Assembly (NCBI GenBank): GCA_017404545.1
Contig: JAFRCC010000022.1
Location: 8,750 to 72,749 of the forward strand
From: Clostridia bacterium
Lineage (GTDB): Bacteria; Bacillota; Clostridia; TANB77; CAG-508
DNA: 64,000 nt
Direction of reading: 5' to 3'
Shown here: positions 26,603-37,742 of the stretch, one piece after another
How positions within the stretch are numbered: the first letter of the stretch is position 1
How the letters are laid out: every line of letters begins with the position of its first letter
Made by a program: the position numbers and the translations under genes
Notes under the pieces: generated by a model
Seen by the model: only the letters and a program-made list of their open reading frames with translations
Databases searched by the model: none
Told to the model about the DNA's origin: nothing

Positions 26603-27448
26603 CTAAATTTTACCTGGATACTTGCAGCATTTATCTAAATATTTATGTACAAACGAAATCATTGTCAAAACATCAAGGACTTCGCTTTCATTTTGTTTCC
26701 AATTTATTTTTGGAGTATGTGCAGCTCTGTTTCTAATTAGATGAAATAAAGAATTAAGTAGCTCTTTTAGTCCTATATATTCATTTCTTTCTGATTCTGT
26801 ATTTAGTGCATTAAATACAATGTATGGACTTTTTGTTGAGAATGCTTTATCAAATAAACTAGTACCATCCTCTGTTAATCCGGTTATTTCTCTTACTCTT
26901 TCTGCAAGTCCCTTTGTTGCTTCAAATACAGTGTCATAGTAATCTTTTCTTAGATAATCGCTTTTGCAATACCTCATTACTTCTTCATGTATATTTCTAG
27001 TATATAATTTCTCTCTAAGTGAATTAACCCTTCTGTCAACTTCGTTCAATGTTTCAGCCTTACTCGTATCAACCAATTTTCCTGACAAATTTATTTCACA
27101 TCCTATTAATAATAAAACTTTGTTAAGTTCTTCTAATATATAATTATATTTTTCACGTTGACTAATTTTTGTATAATTAACTGGACTCATAGAACTTTCT
27201 ATAAATTTTACTACTTTTTCATCAGATAAACTCTTATTCATTTCATTTGCTAAGCAGTTATATAGCCAATCCCTTTTGTTGAGTCCTATTCTGTATCCAA
27301 ATTGATTGCTATATGATCCATCACTTAATACTTCAATTCTATTTTCTACTAGATGTCGTTCCAGCTCACTCTTTGTTAAACCATTATTTGTATCTGCTAT
27401 TACTCCCGATATATTTCGTAAATCACTTTCTGTAAATATTTTTCTCAT
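26603..27448 (-). CDS. HEPN-domain protein (Abi-like, TIGR02391-type)
   Basis: C-terminal LFHLIRNRAAHTP contains the HEPN Rx4-6H motif (RNRAAH). Confidence 0.5.
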   Translation of the reverse strand: MRKIFTESDLRNISGVIADTNNGLTKSELERHLVENRIEVLSDGSYSNQFGYRIGLNKRDWLYNCLANEMNKSLSDEKVVKFIESSMSPVNYTKISQREKYNYILEELNKVLLLIGCEINLSGKLVDTSKAETLNEVDRRVNSLREKLYTRNIHEEVMRYCKSDYLRKDYYDTVFEATKGLAERVREITGLTEDGTSLFDKAFSTKSPYIVFNALNTESERNEYIGLKELLNSLFHLIRNRAAHTPKINWKQNESEVLDVLTMISFVHKYLDKCCKYPGKI

Positions 27449-27494
27449 ATGATAATCACCCCTTCATTCTTGTGCTTTTGTTATTTCATTATGT

Positions 27495-27543
27495 CAAAAA
27501 ATGTCGAAACATGCAATCATAATCGTATTGCATGTTTCGACAT
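27495..27543 (-). terminator. Rho-independent terminator, conserved hairpin family
   Basis: Perfect 17-bp stem atgtcgaaacatgcaat / attgcatgtttcgacat, with a T-run on the minus strand. Confidence 0.65.
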
Positions 27544-27562
27544 TATTCGACAAATTATTTAG

Positions 27563-29119
27563 TTACTTTTTAATAAACTTACCTTTTACTTTTTTTAGAA
27601 TTCCCAAATAATACTTAAATTCATCCGTCCTTCTAAGGCAGATAAAATATATTAAATTTGGAATTATCAAACATATAATAGCATTTACAACTATACTAAA
27701 AAAGTTATTATTTATTGTAATAAAACTATTTAATGTAATCATTATTCCATATACAGCTCCAAATGATATAGCAAATAGTCCTAAGTATTTAAATAACTCC
27801 TTAAAATAACTAGTAACATTCTTTCCCAGTACTTTTCCATAGACAAACTTCGGATATGTATATACATATACGATAGTTGTACTAATAATTGTTCCAAGAA
27901 AAACTCCCGGTAATCCAATAGCCCTAACTAATATAAGTGAAACTACTAAATTTACAATTGACTCAATTATTGCAACAAATCTATCTTCATAAAATATACC
28001 TGCTGTTTCCTTAAAAGTATTATATGTATTCCTTAGTCCACTTATATATAAATTAATTGTTAAAAATAAAACCGTTATTTCAGTTAACAAATGCTCTTGT
28101 CCAAGCCATATGCTTACAAATGGTTTAGATATAAAATAGAATGAAATTGCTGCATAAGCAAATAACCATGAGTTCATCATAAGTATTGACTTAAACACAC
28201 TATATGTTTTATCTTTATTTTTTTCTGCAAGCAAGCTACCAATTCCACCACACATTGATGAAAATATTTGTCCAAGTAATCCTTTAAGTGCGTTAATAAT
28301 TAGCAAATAGTTTGAATATAAACCAACAACTGCTATTCCAAGACTTGGTGTAGTTGAAATAATAATATTATCTGTTCCCAGTACTACAAAAGTAGCAAGC
28401 TTATGGAAGAATAAGCCCTTAACTTTTGTAAATATACTTGTCTTTTCAATATTACTTAATGCAGTAACATTTTTACTAGTTATATATGGATATTTCTTAT
28501 CTGCTATTTTAGAAATAATAACATTTTCAAGTATCTTTGAAATTATACGAATAGCAACATATCCTGTAAAATTTTTGTAGACTAAGAGATATATAATTTG
28601 ACTTACATTCATTAATACGTTATATCCAATATCAACTATATTAATGTAATAGTTCTGTTGATTAGCAAGTAATATTGATCTTTTATATGTTAGCAAATAT
28701 GATGCGACTGTATCTGCCAAATATAAAACGAATATAATATGTATGCTCTCATTTATATTAACATCACCTGTTAACAAATTTAAAAATGGAAGTAAGCATA
28801 ACCCTATTAAAGCTACTATAATAGCAATTATTCTATAAATTTTTTTATAAAAATCCAGTAAAGACTTGATTTTTTCTTTATTATCTCGTGCTACTTCTTT
28901 ATATAAATTAACAATAATAGCAGTACCAATACCTGTTTCAACAATAGAAAGCATTGACAGAATATTACTAAATAAACCATTAACACCAACACATTCGTTA
29001 CCAAGAGTCTTAACCAATATAGCTCTTGAAATAAAGCCCAGTAACATTGTAACTATATAATTAATCATACCAGTAGCAGTGGACTTCATAGTATTTTTGA
29101 TTCTCATAACTAAAATCAC
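27563..29119 (-). CDS. Wzx-type oligosaccharide flippase (polysaccharide biosynthesis protein, MOP superfamily)
   Basis: 518 aa, polytopic. Paralog of 33544..35100 (FLNLLTGD / FLNLIIKD; KKYPYI shared). Confidence 0.7.
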   Translation of the reverse strand: MILVMRIKNTMKSTATGMINYIVTMLLGFISRAILVKTLGNECVGVNGLFSNILSMLSIVETGIGTAIIVNLYKEVARDNKEKIKSLLDFYKKIYRIIAIIVALIGLCLLPFLNLLTGDVNINESIHIIFVLYLADTVASYLLTYKRSILLANQQNYYINIVDIGYNVLMNVSQIIYLLVYKNFTGYVAIRIISKILENVIISKIADKKYPYITSKNVTALSNIEKTSIFTKVKGLFFHKLATFVVLGTDNIIISTTPSLGIAVVGLYSNYLLIINALKGLLGQIFSSMCGGIGSLLAEKNKDKTYSVFKSILMMNSWLFAYAAISFYFISKPFVSIWLGQEHLLTEITVLFLTINLYISGLRNTYNTFKETAGIFYEDRFVAIIESIVNLVVSLILVRAIGLPGVFLGTIISTTIVYVYTYPKFVYGKVLGKNVTSYFKELFKYLGLFAISFGAVYGIMITLNSFITINNNFFSIVVNAIICLIIPNLIYFICLRRTDEFKYYLGILKKVKGKFIKK

Positions 29120-30093
29120 CTTACAAATTTATTCTTTAATATTTTTAATGAGCAATATGTGCGTGGGAAGCAGATAAATATACCTGATTTAACATTACAT
29201 TTATATGTGCCCTCATTATGAAAGATATATTCTTTATAACATTCTCTTGCCCTACGAATCATATCCCCTAGCTCTTTTATATATATTTTTTTATCACCGT
29301 ATACATATGTACTAACATATGAGCCTCTGAGTTCTTTTATAAGTTCAACTAAGCACATATTGTATAAACTCTTTTCTTTATCTTTAAAAAAACTTAGTCT
29401 ATTTTCACCTGCTTCAATGTTATCTAAAGTTCTTTTAATATTAAAAGAACTTCCAGTAATGCTATCATTACGTCTTCTATATACATATAAATCTTCATTA
29501 ACTACTGAGACTAAGTCACAACTGTACATTATTTTATACATTATGAATAAGTCTTCATGTAACTTTCCAACATCAAATCTTAAGTTATTCCATATATTAC
29601 GGGAATATAGTTTGTTCCAAACAACAGTATTTACTACGCAACTATTAATGAAATTTTTACCGCTGCACACATTATTATAATTTAAATTTTCTTCACACCT
29701 AAGATCTTTATTCTGATATAAACTAACGTAATTGCATATTGCAACACTGGTATTTTTTTCTTTTATGGCTCTATATAGCTTTTCAATAAAGTCTGGCTTA
29801 ACGTAGTCATCTGAATCAATAAAGCTTATATACTCACCTTTACAATAATTTAATCCAGTATTTCTTGCAGCTGATAAGCCTTGATTTTTTTGATGAATTA
29901 CTTTTATCCTATTATCCAATTTTTTATATTTTTCACATATATAATCAGATTCATCCGTAGAGCCATCATTAACAACAATGATTTCAATATTTTTATATGT
30001 CTGATTAATTATGCTCTTCATACATTCTTCCAAATATTTTGAAACATTGTAAACTGGAAGAATAATTGATATTAGTTCCTGTTTCATTAGCAT
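29116..30093 (-). CDS. Family 2 glycosyltransferase
   Basis: ISIILPVYNVSKYLEECMKSIINQTYKNIEIIVVNDGSTDES, with DxD-type motifs. Confidence 0.8.
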   Translation of the reverse strand: MLMKQELISIILPVYNVSKYLEECMKSIINQTYKNIEIIVVNDGSTDESDYICEKYKKLDNRIKVIHQKNQGLSAARNTGLNYCKGEYISFIDSDDYVKPDFIEKLYRAIKEKNTSVAICNYVSLYQNKDLRCEENLNYNNVCSGKNFINSCVVNTVVWNKLYSRNIWNNLRFDVGKLHEDLFIMYKIMYSCDLVSVVNEDLYVYRRRNDSITGSSFNIKRTLDNIEAGENRLSFFKDKEKSLYNMCLVELIKELRGSYVSTYVYGDKKIYIKELGDMIRRARECYKEYIFHNEGTYKCNVKSGIFICFPRTYCSLKILKNKFVR

Positions 30094-30202
30094 TCTCCTA
30101 AAGTATCCTTATTAATAATTACCACATATCATACTACAAAACTTGGCTATTTACAATATATTGAGAGTAATATTTATATTATTCTTTCTTCCCCTTTTTG
30201 AA

Positions 30203-30252
30203 TAAAAAAATGTCGAAACGTGCAATCATAATCGTATTGCATATTTCGACAT
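30203..30252 (-). terminator. Rho-independent terminator, conserved hairpin family
   Basis: Stem atgtcgaaacgtgcaat / attgcatatttcgacat, with T7 on the minus strand. Confidence 0.6.
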
Positions 30253-30265
30253 TTTTCGACTTTTC

Positions 30266-30739
30266 TTACTTTATTATTTTCTTAATTATTCCTTTTACTT
30301 TTCTCTTTACCTTTGTAACAATCGAAGTTTTAGGTACATACTTATTTACTAACTTTTCAAAATCTTGTCCCTCTCCAAGCTCAGAAAAGAATTTATCGCT
30401 ATTTGGATTTACTTTTGATGTAGTATTAAAACTAGGATTTCCACTAATAGCTTTTTCAAATTCAACTTCTTCACATATCATTGAATCCTTTATTCTGTCC
30501 ATTAGCTCTTGTCCTTTTTTAGAATTAACAACAACTAATGAAGTTCCTTTTTCATCATCAAATTCAGGTTTAACATTTTTTATTCCCCAAAAATCAGCTA
30601 ATGTTATATCTGATAAACGATTATTCTTTTTAAACTTACAATCTGTACATGATTCTCTTAAACTCATATGTTTTAGAAAGGCTTTATATACATCATCGTT
30701 ATGATTAATTAAATATAAGCTATTATTATCAAAATGCAC
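30266..30739 (-). pseudogene. Fragment: C-terminal part of an FrhB/FdhB-like (coenzyme F420 hydrogenase beta-like) protein
   Basis: 157 aa, CTDCKFKK...ADFWG. Full-length members are more than twice as long and usually pair with a polysaccharide pyruvyl transferase. The upstream 200 nt is non-coding. Confidence 0.4.
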
Positions 30740-30936
30740 TTAGCGTCATTCGATATTATGCTATTATAATATAAGTTTTTCACATATTACTCATCGATTT
30801 AATTCTTTAGCATAATTTAATAATTCGTGGATATCATCAACATACTTTTATCTGTATTTGTATTGCTCCCTAAAAATGGTATTAAAAAGATTAGACAACC
30901 TCTTTACAACTTATTCACCATAAAATCATCCCACAT

Positions 30937-31700
30937 CTAAGAACATTTTAGACCTAAGCTTTGTCCTCCATCTACAACGTAATTTTGACCTGTTATAAAG
31001 TTAGCGTCATCGGAAGCTAAAAAGCATACCACAGAGGCTACTTCATTGTTCTTACCATTTCGCTGTATATATGCCCCATCATCCACCATGTTCTCTAAAA
31101 CTTCATCAAAAATAATTTGGTTTACTCTTCCTGGGGAAACACAATTCACATTAATATTATACTCTCCCAATTCCTTTGCAAGAGCCTTTGTCAATCCTAT
31201 AATTCCAGATTTAGCCGCCGCATAGTCAAACATTTCTATCATTTCCCTGAATTCCTGTAGTTGAGCCAATATTTATAATTTTTCCACACTTTTTTTCAAT
31301 CATATATTTAGCTACAAACTTACAGCACATTATTGTTCCTTTTAAATTTGAGTCGAGCAGCATATTGATTATATCTATTTCTTGCTCTACTAACTTTCTT
31401 GATTTTTCTCTAGCGCTTCCTCCAGCATTATTTACGAGGATATCAATCCTACCATATTTATCAAAAATCTTATAAAACTCACCTTCTATATTCTCTGATT
31501 TTGTTACGTCAAGAATCAAAGGTTCAGCATTGCCATTGATTTCTTTAATCATATTTACAACTCTATTAATATTTGCTATATTTCTGCCACCAACAAATAC
31601 CAAAGCGCCTTCCATTGCTAATCTAAATGATATTGCAGATTCAATTGCACCCGACCCCCCAGTAGCAATTGCAATCTTATTTTCAATTTTTTTGTGTCAC
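30937..31700 (-). pseudogene. Short-chain dehydrogenase/reductase (SDR) broken into at least three frames
   Basis: Fragments 31226..31615 (NNAG; IGSTTG) and 30937..31269 (YAAAKSG, YxxxK). The N-terminal TGGSGAIE coenzyme motif is encoded at 31620-31690 in another frame. Confidence 0.55.
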
Positions 31701-31813
31701 CAATGTTTAATCTGTATATACATTCGGTATCTCTCAGATTTTTTAATTATATTAACTCTATATTAATCATATCTATTTTTCACTTTCTTTTATACTCTCT
31801 TAATGAACAATTA

Positions 31814-33541
31814 TTATCTCCCCATAACTTTTTTTATAGTGGACTTTACACCTTTTTTAATCTTATCTGCACTATTCATATTAGCCTCAAAAAAGTCCTT
31901 CTGCAATTTGGCATCTACTTCTTTATGTGTAAACACCTCAAAGAAAACTGGTTTATCTGAATCAGATTTTATGAATTCTTCAACATTCTTATCAAACTCT
32001 TCTTTGCTATTTGCTGATAAATATTTAATACCTTGAGATTCAACCCAACCTTTTGCAGTTGTAAAATGTTCTGCAGCTACATTCTCATTTAATGTTGGAT
32101 ATTTTTGCAGACCTTGATTAAAATGGAACAATGAAGCTCCTTCATTGTTGACTAACATTATCCTTACATTCTTTCCTATATACCTATTCCATAATGCGTT
32201 CATATCATAAAAGAATGTTAAATCTCCAACAATAAGAAAACTTAATTTATCTGTTACGGCAGATTGTCCAATAAAAGTGGATACACAACCATCAATCCCA
32301 TTAACGCCTCTATTGCAAAATACTTCAACAGATTTATCTAGGTCAAAATATTGTGCAATTCTAATTGTTGTACTATTTCCTAAATTTAATATAGTATTTG
32401 CAGGAATCCTTTCCATTAATTGCTTTGTCGCATATAAATTCGAATACTCCAATTCTGGCATATTAAAATTATCTGTTTTTCCTTTCCATAAATCAAAATA
32501 TCCATTCGAATTGTCTACATTATATTTTGACATCACATCAATAAAATCATCTGTTGACATTTCAAAAATTGTTGTTAGATTTTTATAGCAATCTTGAACT
32601 CTACCATCAGAATTTACAATCCAGTGCTCAAAATTTTTACTATATCCTTTTAACGAACCTTTCCCATCCCACGCAACATTTCCAGCAATAGTAATCACAA
32701 CATCCGGCAATAATTCTGAAAACTTACCAGATTCTTTAGCAATTATGTGTGCCCTAGATGTTTCGATACATCCAGCACAATGAATATTAGATAATTTATC
32801 TGTAGAAATTATACAATTATATCTTTTTGTAATTGTTTCTATTTTTTTTATTCTTTCTTCACTTATAAAATTATCTTGTCCATACATAATTAAAACTTTT
32901 TTACCTTTTAATTTATTAAATTTTTCTTCTAAAACTATTTCATCTGTTCTTATGTCATATCTATCTATTTTATTGATACTTGGCAACCTTTCAGTTGTAA
33001 AATCATTTCCAATAGCAAACATACCAATTTCAATAGGTACATTTATATGAACTGGTCCTGTACCATGATGATTTAATTCCAGAAAGGCCTCATTTAATAA
33101 TCTCTTGCAATACCACTCATCTTTTTCATCTTTTACTATTGGAAGAGAAACCGAATATTTGATTACCGTTTTAAAAAGATTTATTTGATCTATCATCTGA
33201 TCTTCTTGTTGCGCTAAATAATATGGATTTTTATCAGCTGTAATAACTATTAATGGTAATCTTCTTCTAGAAGCTTCTGTTACTCCTGTCAAATAATTCG
33301 TTGCCGCGGTTCCGGCAGTACATATGATTGCTACAGGCTCATTTGATTGTTGAATAATCCCACATGCAAAAAAAGCTGCACTTCTTTCATCAACAATATT
33401 GAATGTTTTGAAGAATCTATCTTCTTCTATCGATCTAACAATCGCATTATGACTGTTTCCTGGTGAAACAACAATATTTTTTATTTTATTTTCTTTTAAC
33501 ATTGCTACTAAATATTGAACACTTTTTAAATTTGAATACAT
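31814..33541 (-). CDS. Thiamine-pyrophosphate-dependent enzyme (acetolactate-synthase-like / 2-ketoacid decarboxylase family)
   Basis: 575 aa. TPP-enzyme N-terminal and C-terminal domain signatures, for example GDLTFFYDMNALWN...NNEGASLF. Confidence 0.55.
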   Translation of the reverse strand: MYSNLKSVQYLVAMLKENKIKNIVVSPGNSHNAIVRSIEEDRFFKTFNIVDERSAAFFACGIIQQSNEPVAIICTAGTAATNYLTGVTEASRRRLPLIVITADKNPYYLAQQEDQMIDQINLFKTVIKYSVSLPIVKDEKDEWYCKRLLNEAFLELNHHGTGPVHINVPIEIGMFAIGNDFTTERLPSINKIDRYDIRTDEIVLEEKFNKLKGKKVLIMYGQDNFISEERIKKIETITKRYNCIISTDKLSNIHCAGCIETSRAHIIAKESGKFSELLPDVVITIAGNVAWDGKGSLKGYSKNFEHWIVNSDGRVQDCYKNLTTIFEMSTDDFIDVMSKYNVDNSNGYFDLWKGKTDNFNMPELEYSNLYATKQLMERIPANTILNLGNSTTIRIAQYFDLDKSVEVFCNRGVNGIDGCVSTFIGQSAVTDKLSFLIVGDLTFFYDMNALWNRYIGKNVRIMLVNNEGASLFHFNQGLQKYPTLNENVAAEHFTTAKGWVESQGIKYLSANSKEEFDKNVEEFIKSDSDKPVFFEVFTHKEVDAKLQKDFFEANMNSADKIKKGVKSTIKKVMGR

Positions 33542-33543
33542 CT

Positions 33544-35100
33544 TTATTTCTCTCCTTTTTTTTGTAATTGTTTAATCTTATTTAGTGGAGTATTTATTAT
33601 TTTTTCCTTCAACTCTCTGAATTCTTTTAATTTAAATGTAGCTAATATACTTAGACCAAATACAACAAATGTAATAATAACTCCATTTAGTATAAAGCCA
33701 ATAATTCCTTGAATACTTATACTCTTTGTTATCATGTAACAAACAATTGCGGATATTGCAGTTACAATTAAATAATATGAATATGTCCTATAATATCTTA
33801 TACTAGAAGTTTTGAATTCGTTTTTATGGATAAGATAAGGATCATACCACGTTAATATCAATAATCTTGTTAGTCCCGTTGCTATCAAAACACCAAACAT
33901 TCCAATATATTGAGCTAGAATTATTGAAAAAATCACATTAGAAATTGAAGAAAATAAAGGCATTAATCTTCCTTTTTTAAATAATCCTAATGTATTTCTA
34001 AATGTGTAATTAACATATCTCATACCATGAATAAATAAATTAAACCCTAAAGCTGCTGCAATATAAATTTCTAAAACATAATCATTTCCTAACCATATTG
34101 AAATAAACTTATTGCTTAATAGAGCAACAGCAATACCAAAATAACTATATATAAAGAATGATAATAGTAATATTTGATAAAAGACTGATTCTTTTTTAGC
34201 TCTATCTTTTATTGTATTTAAGTTACCTATGCTCGCAGTTAAACTGTCAAATGCCGTACTTAATAAGGAAGTAATAGCAGTTATAACAGTTGTATAGTTA
34301 GACAAAAGTCCAACTTGTTTTACACCAATAAATGATGAAATAATAATGTTATCTGTTCCATTTGATAGAACATACCCTAATTTGTATAACATTAATGATT
34401 TAACATCATTGAATATTCCCTTCTGCTCTTCTTTAGTCATCTTCGTATAATTGTTATCTTTTATGTATGGGTATTTTTTGTTAGCCTTGTGCGATATTAT
34501 GATATTTGCTGTGACAGTAGATATTATCTGAATCACTAAATACCCTATATAATTATGTGTTAGCCATAAATATATCATCTGAGCAATATTCATAATTACA
34601 GTTGCAAATAAATCAACTATACTTGTCACGTACTCTTCTTGATGAGCTATTATAATTGATCTCTTGTATGTATAAAAATATGAAATTGATGTATTTAGTA
34701 AAAATAGCATATATATAAATGCAATATTTTCCCATATATTAGGAATATCTTTTATAATTAGATTTAGGAATGGAATAACAAGTATTCCTGTAACTAAAAC
34801 GAATCCTCCAATAATCCAATAGGCTTTTTTGTAAAACCTCATTAATGTTTTTTGTCTTTCAATATCTCCATCTGCAACAGGTTTGTACAACTTGAAAATA
34901 ATTGCATTTCCTATTCCAAGCTCTGCAAATGATAATATTGTTAATATATTTGTAAATAATCCATTAACACCCAGATACTCTGCACCTAATGTTTTTATAA
35001 ATACTGTCCTACATATAAAACTAAGAAGTACATATATAACTTTGGAAAATGCAGCAACACTAACATTTATTGCCGAATTTTTAGTCCTTGATTTTTTCAT
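33544..35100 (-). CDS. Wzx-type oligosaccharide flippase (second copy)
   Basis: 518 aa, polytopic. Paralog of 27563..29119. Confidence 0.7.
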   Translation of the reverse strand: MKKSRTKNSAINVSVAAFSKVIYVLLSFICRTVFIKTLGAEYLGVNGLFTNILTILSFAELGIGNAIIFKLYKPVADGDIERQKTLMRFYKKAYWIIGGFVLVTGILVIPFLNLIIKDIPNIWENIAFIYMLFLLNTSISYFYTYKRSIIIAHQEEYVTSIVDLFATVIMNIAQMIYLWLTHNYIGYLVIQIISTVTANIIISHKANKKYPYIKDNNYTKMTKEEQKGIFNDVKSLMLYKLGYVLSNGTDNIIISSFIGVKQVGLLSNYTTVITAITSLLSTAFDSLTASIGNLNTIKDRAKKESVFYQILLLSFFIYSYFGIAVALLSNKFISIWLGNDYVLEIYIAAALGFNLFIHGMRYVNYTFRNTLGLFKKGRLMPLFSSISNVIFSIILAQYIGMFGVLIATGLTRLLILTWYDPYLIHKNEFKTSSIRYYRTYSYYLIVTAISAIVCYMITKSISIQGIIGFILNGVIITFVVFGLSILATFKLKEFRELKEKIINTPLNKIKQLQKKGEK

Positions 35101-35101
35101 T

Positions 35102-36187
35102 TTATTCCTCTCTTAATGCATTTTTTAAGAATGCGGCTGATTTATTTTGTTCTTTTAGTAATATTTCCTTAGCGTTACTATAATCACATTTCAATAAATC
35201 ATCTGAAATCCTACCATTAAACTTTCTATTTTCTAATTCGAATTTTGATAACAATGTGTCTAATCTTGAATTCATTGATACAAGTTTATCTTTTCTTTTA
35301 AAAACAACAAATGGTGTATCATATATAATTGAAAATACACTTGAATGAAAAGAATCTGTACATACTAAAAAAGCGTTTTTTTCTAAATATAAGAACTCAC
35401 TTGGTCCTGATACATAGTATGGATCACTCTCATCTAATAAATTTATAATCTTGCAATCATTCTCTTTAGCAATTCTTCTTATTTCATTATCCCATTCTTC
35501 CGGAAGTTTACCTAAAAAATAATTCAGAATATATCTCTCATTTTCTTTTATATTCTTTGGTTTATTGCTAACCTTATCCCATTCATCATCAGATAATAAC
35601 ATTGTTGGATCTATCAAAACTTCAACAGTTTTATTTATTCTTAATCCATCAATAATTTTTTTCCCAGCGTCTTCTCTAACAGATATCGCCTTGAATTTTT
35701 GTAATTCACTCTTCAATTTATTACTACTTTCCTCATCAATATTATTTACACCCAAACTAGCAGCATATGCAATTTTATTTTTACTATCTATGAAATTCAA
35801 TAATTCGAAATTTGTCATTCTATGTATTGTTGGATTCCACACTTGATCGCTACCTACTATATAGTAATCATATTCATTATTTCTTACCTTATTGTTTCTC
35901 GAATAATATTTTGGAGTTGTTTTAATATTCTTGTTAAATTTTACAAAATTTATTAGTCTTTGATTTTTTGTAATTATATCAGTATGATCTTTAATAACTT
36001 GTTTAAAAAACTTATATGTATTTTTGATTCTTGATTCCCCATCTGCCGCATGATTTAAATCAATATTGTTCTTTATGGTCATTACAGATAAGCCCTTATT
36101 TTCTATAAAATATTGCAAAGCATAATTCTGCAATCGATTCCCGCAATTATTCAGATCATATATTGTTACAATTGCAACTTTTTTCAT
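35102..36187 (-). CDS. Polysaccharide pyruvyl transferase family protein
   Basis: MKKVAIVTIYDLNNCGNRLQNYALQYF... matches the WcaK/CsaB-type N-terminus. Confidence 0.65.
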   Translation of the reverse strand: MKKVAIVTIYDLNNCGNRLQNYALQYFIENKGLSVMTIKNNIDLNHAADGESRIKNTYKFFKQVIKDHTDIITKNQRLINFVKFNKNIKTTPKYYSRNNKVRNNEYDYYIVGSDQVWNPTIHRMTNFELLNFIDSKNKIAYAASLGVNNIDEESSNKLKSELQKFKAISVREDAGKKIIDGLRINKTVEVLIDPTMLLSDDEWDKVSNKPKNIKENERYILNYFLGKLPEEWDNEIRRIAKENDCKIINLLDESDPYYVSGPSEFLYLEKNAFLVCTDSFHSSVFSIIYDTPFVVFKRKDKLVSMNSRLDTLLSKFELENRKFNGRISDDLLKCDYSNAKEILLKEQNKSAAFLKNALREE

Positions 36188-36637
36188 TTTGCTTCTCCTC
36201 CTATATTTCCTTTAATAGCATTTTTTGTCTTAACTTTCTTTAATAAAATATCTTTTTTTCATTATAGTGTTTTTTGTCATAATTCTGTACTATATTAAAC
36301 TATACCTGTAGTAATATAATATTTACTCATAGAAAACTATTAGTAATTTTCCAGATTTATGTGAATTAGCCTTTCTTCAAGTACTTCAATTACATCTAAC
36401 CTTTTTCATTATATACATTAGTGTTCTAATTGTATCTTCTTCCATAGCTGTTCTTATATCAGCATATGCATCTATTTTTTGAATCTATATATTACTTTAT
36501 GCCATTATAAAATCACATTCATTAATTATATCTATTGGAAATCTTAAATTATCAAATATACTTCCACATTATATACTGGAACTATAATTGTAATTTTTTT
36601 TTATTTATTTCCTCCATAACATTCATCGACAAGTACA

Positions 36638-37726
36638 TTAACAGTACTTCTTATATCGTATCCGTTCTTTTTCTACTTTTCTATATGCATTTTCTCTACA
36701 ATTTAAATCCAGTTGATATTTTTTTATATCTTCAATCCAACTATCTATATTATCAATATTGTGATATGTAATATTTTCAGTAACCCTAGTCAATATTGGT
36801 ACATTATCAGAAGTAACACATTTTAAGCCCGAGGCCTGTGCTTCTATAAGTACAATTCCTAATCCCTCAAATATCGAAGGTAACACAAATACATCCATTG
36901 CACTATATAAGTCATTGACATCACTTCTGCGACCTAAAAATGTCACATTACTATCTAATTGATTTTTATTGATGTAATCCCTCATTTCTTGTTCTTTATC
37001 ACCTACGCCTATTACTAATAGCATATAATCTTTATCAAATTTAACCAGTTCGTGTAAAATCTTTAAAAGAAACATTGGATTCTTCTGGTATTGTAATCTT
37101 CCAACAAATCCGATAACCTTTGTATTATCTTTAATTTTTAATTCTTGTCTTTTTTTTCTGCGTATCTCAGCATCATACTTGAATTTTCCCAACACAATCC
37201 CATTTTTTATCACTGTAAACTTATTTTTATTAAACATATATTTACCAGCTTCATCTGAACATGCCAACAAATGTGTTGCTCTCTTATGTATCATATATCT
37301 TTCATAGTTATACTTAATTCTTTTAACAAGCTCTTTTGTCTTACTGTCAGACACATACATATCGGAAGAATTGTGAGAATGAAAAATTCTAACATTAACA
37401 CCATATTTTTTTGCATACTTTAATGGTAATGAATAATTTGGGAAACAGCTATTCATATGAATTGCATAATATTTTTTACCATTTTCTTTAAAAAATCTCT
37501 TAATAGCAAAAAAATGCTTAAAAAAATTTTCTTTCATTGGGACTTCAACTTTATATATATGTCCACCTAATGATTGTATTTCATCTTCGCATGCAATTAT
37601 TGCATCGTGAGTAGTTAAAAAATCAAACTGATATTCATTTCTGTCAATATTTCTATATACATTCATTATAAATGCTTCAATTCCGTTATAATCATGTTGC
37701 ATTCCTGTTATTAAAATTCTTTTCAT
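36638..37726 (-). CDS. Family 4 glycosyltransferase (GT-B)
   Basis: VGRLQYQKNP...VFVLPSIFEGLGIVLIEAQASG. Confidence 0.8.
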   Translation of the reverse strand: MKRILITGMQHDYNGIEAFIMNVYRNIDRNEYQFDFLTTHDAIIACEDEIQSLGGHIYKVEVPMKENFFKHFFAIKRFFKENGKKYYAIHMNSCFPNYSLPLKYAKKYGVNVRIFHSHNSSDMYVSDSKTKELVKRIKYNYERYMIHKRATHLLACSDEAGKYMFNKNKFTVIKNGIVLGKFKYDAEIRRKKRQELKIKDNTKVIGFVGRLQYQKNPMFLLKILHELVKFDKDYMLLVIGVGDKEQEMRDYINKNQLDSNVTFLGRRSDVNDLYSAMDVFVLPSIFEGLGIVLIEAQASGLKCVTSDNVPILTRVTENITYHNIDNIDSWIEDIKKYQLDLNCRENAYRKVEKERIRYKKYC

Positions 37727-37742
37727 ATTTCTTATTCATCCT

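Noticed and set aside
13323-30252. Interpreting the conserved palindromic elements as integron attC sites
   Set aside because: The stems are perfect (no extrahelical bases), are followed by T-runs on the coding strand and lack the R''/R' core sites. A shared rho-independent terminator family explains them better. The associated TTCGACA tail motif is reported separately.
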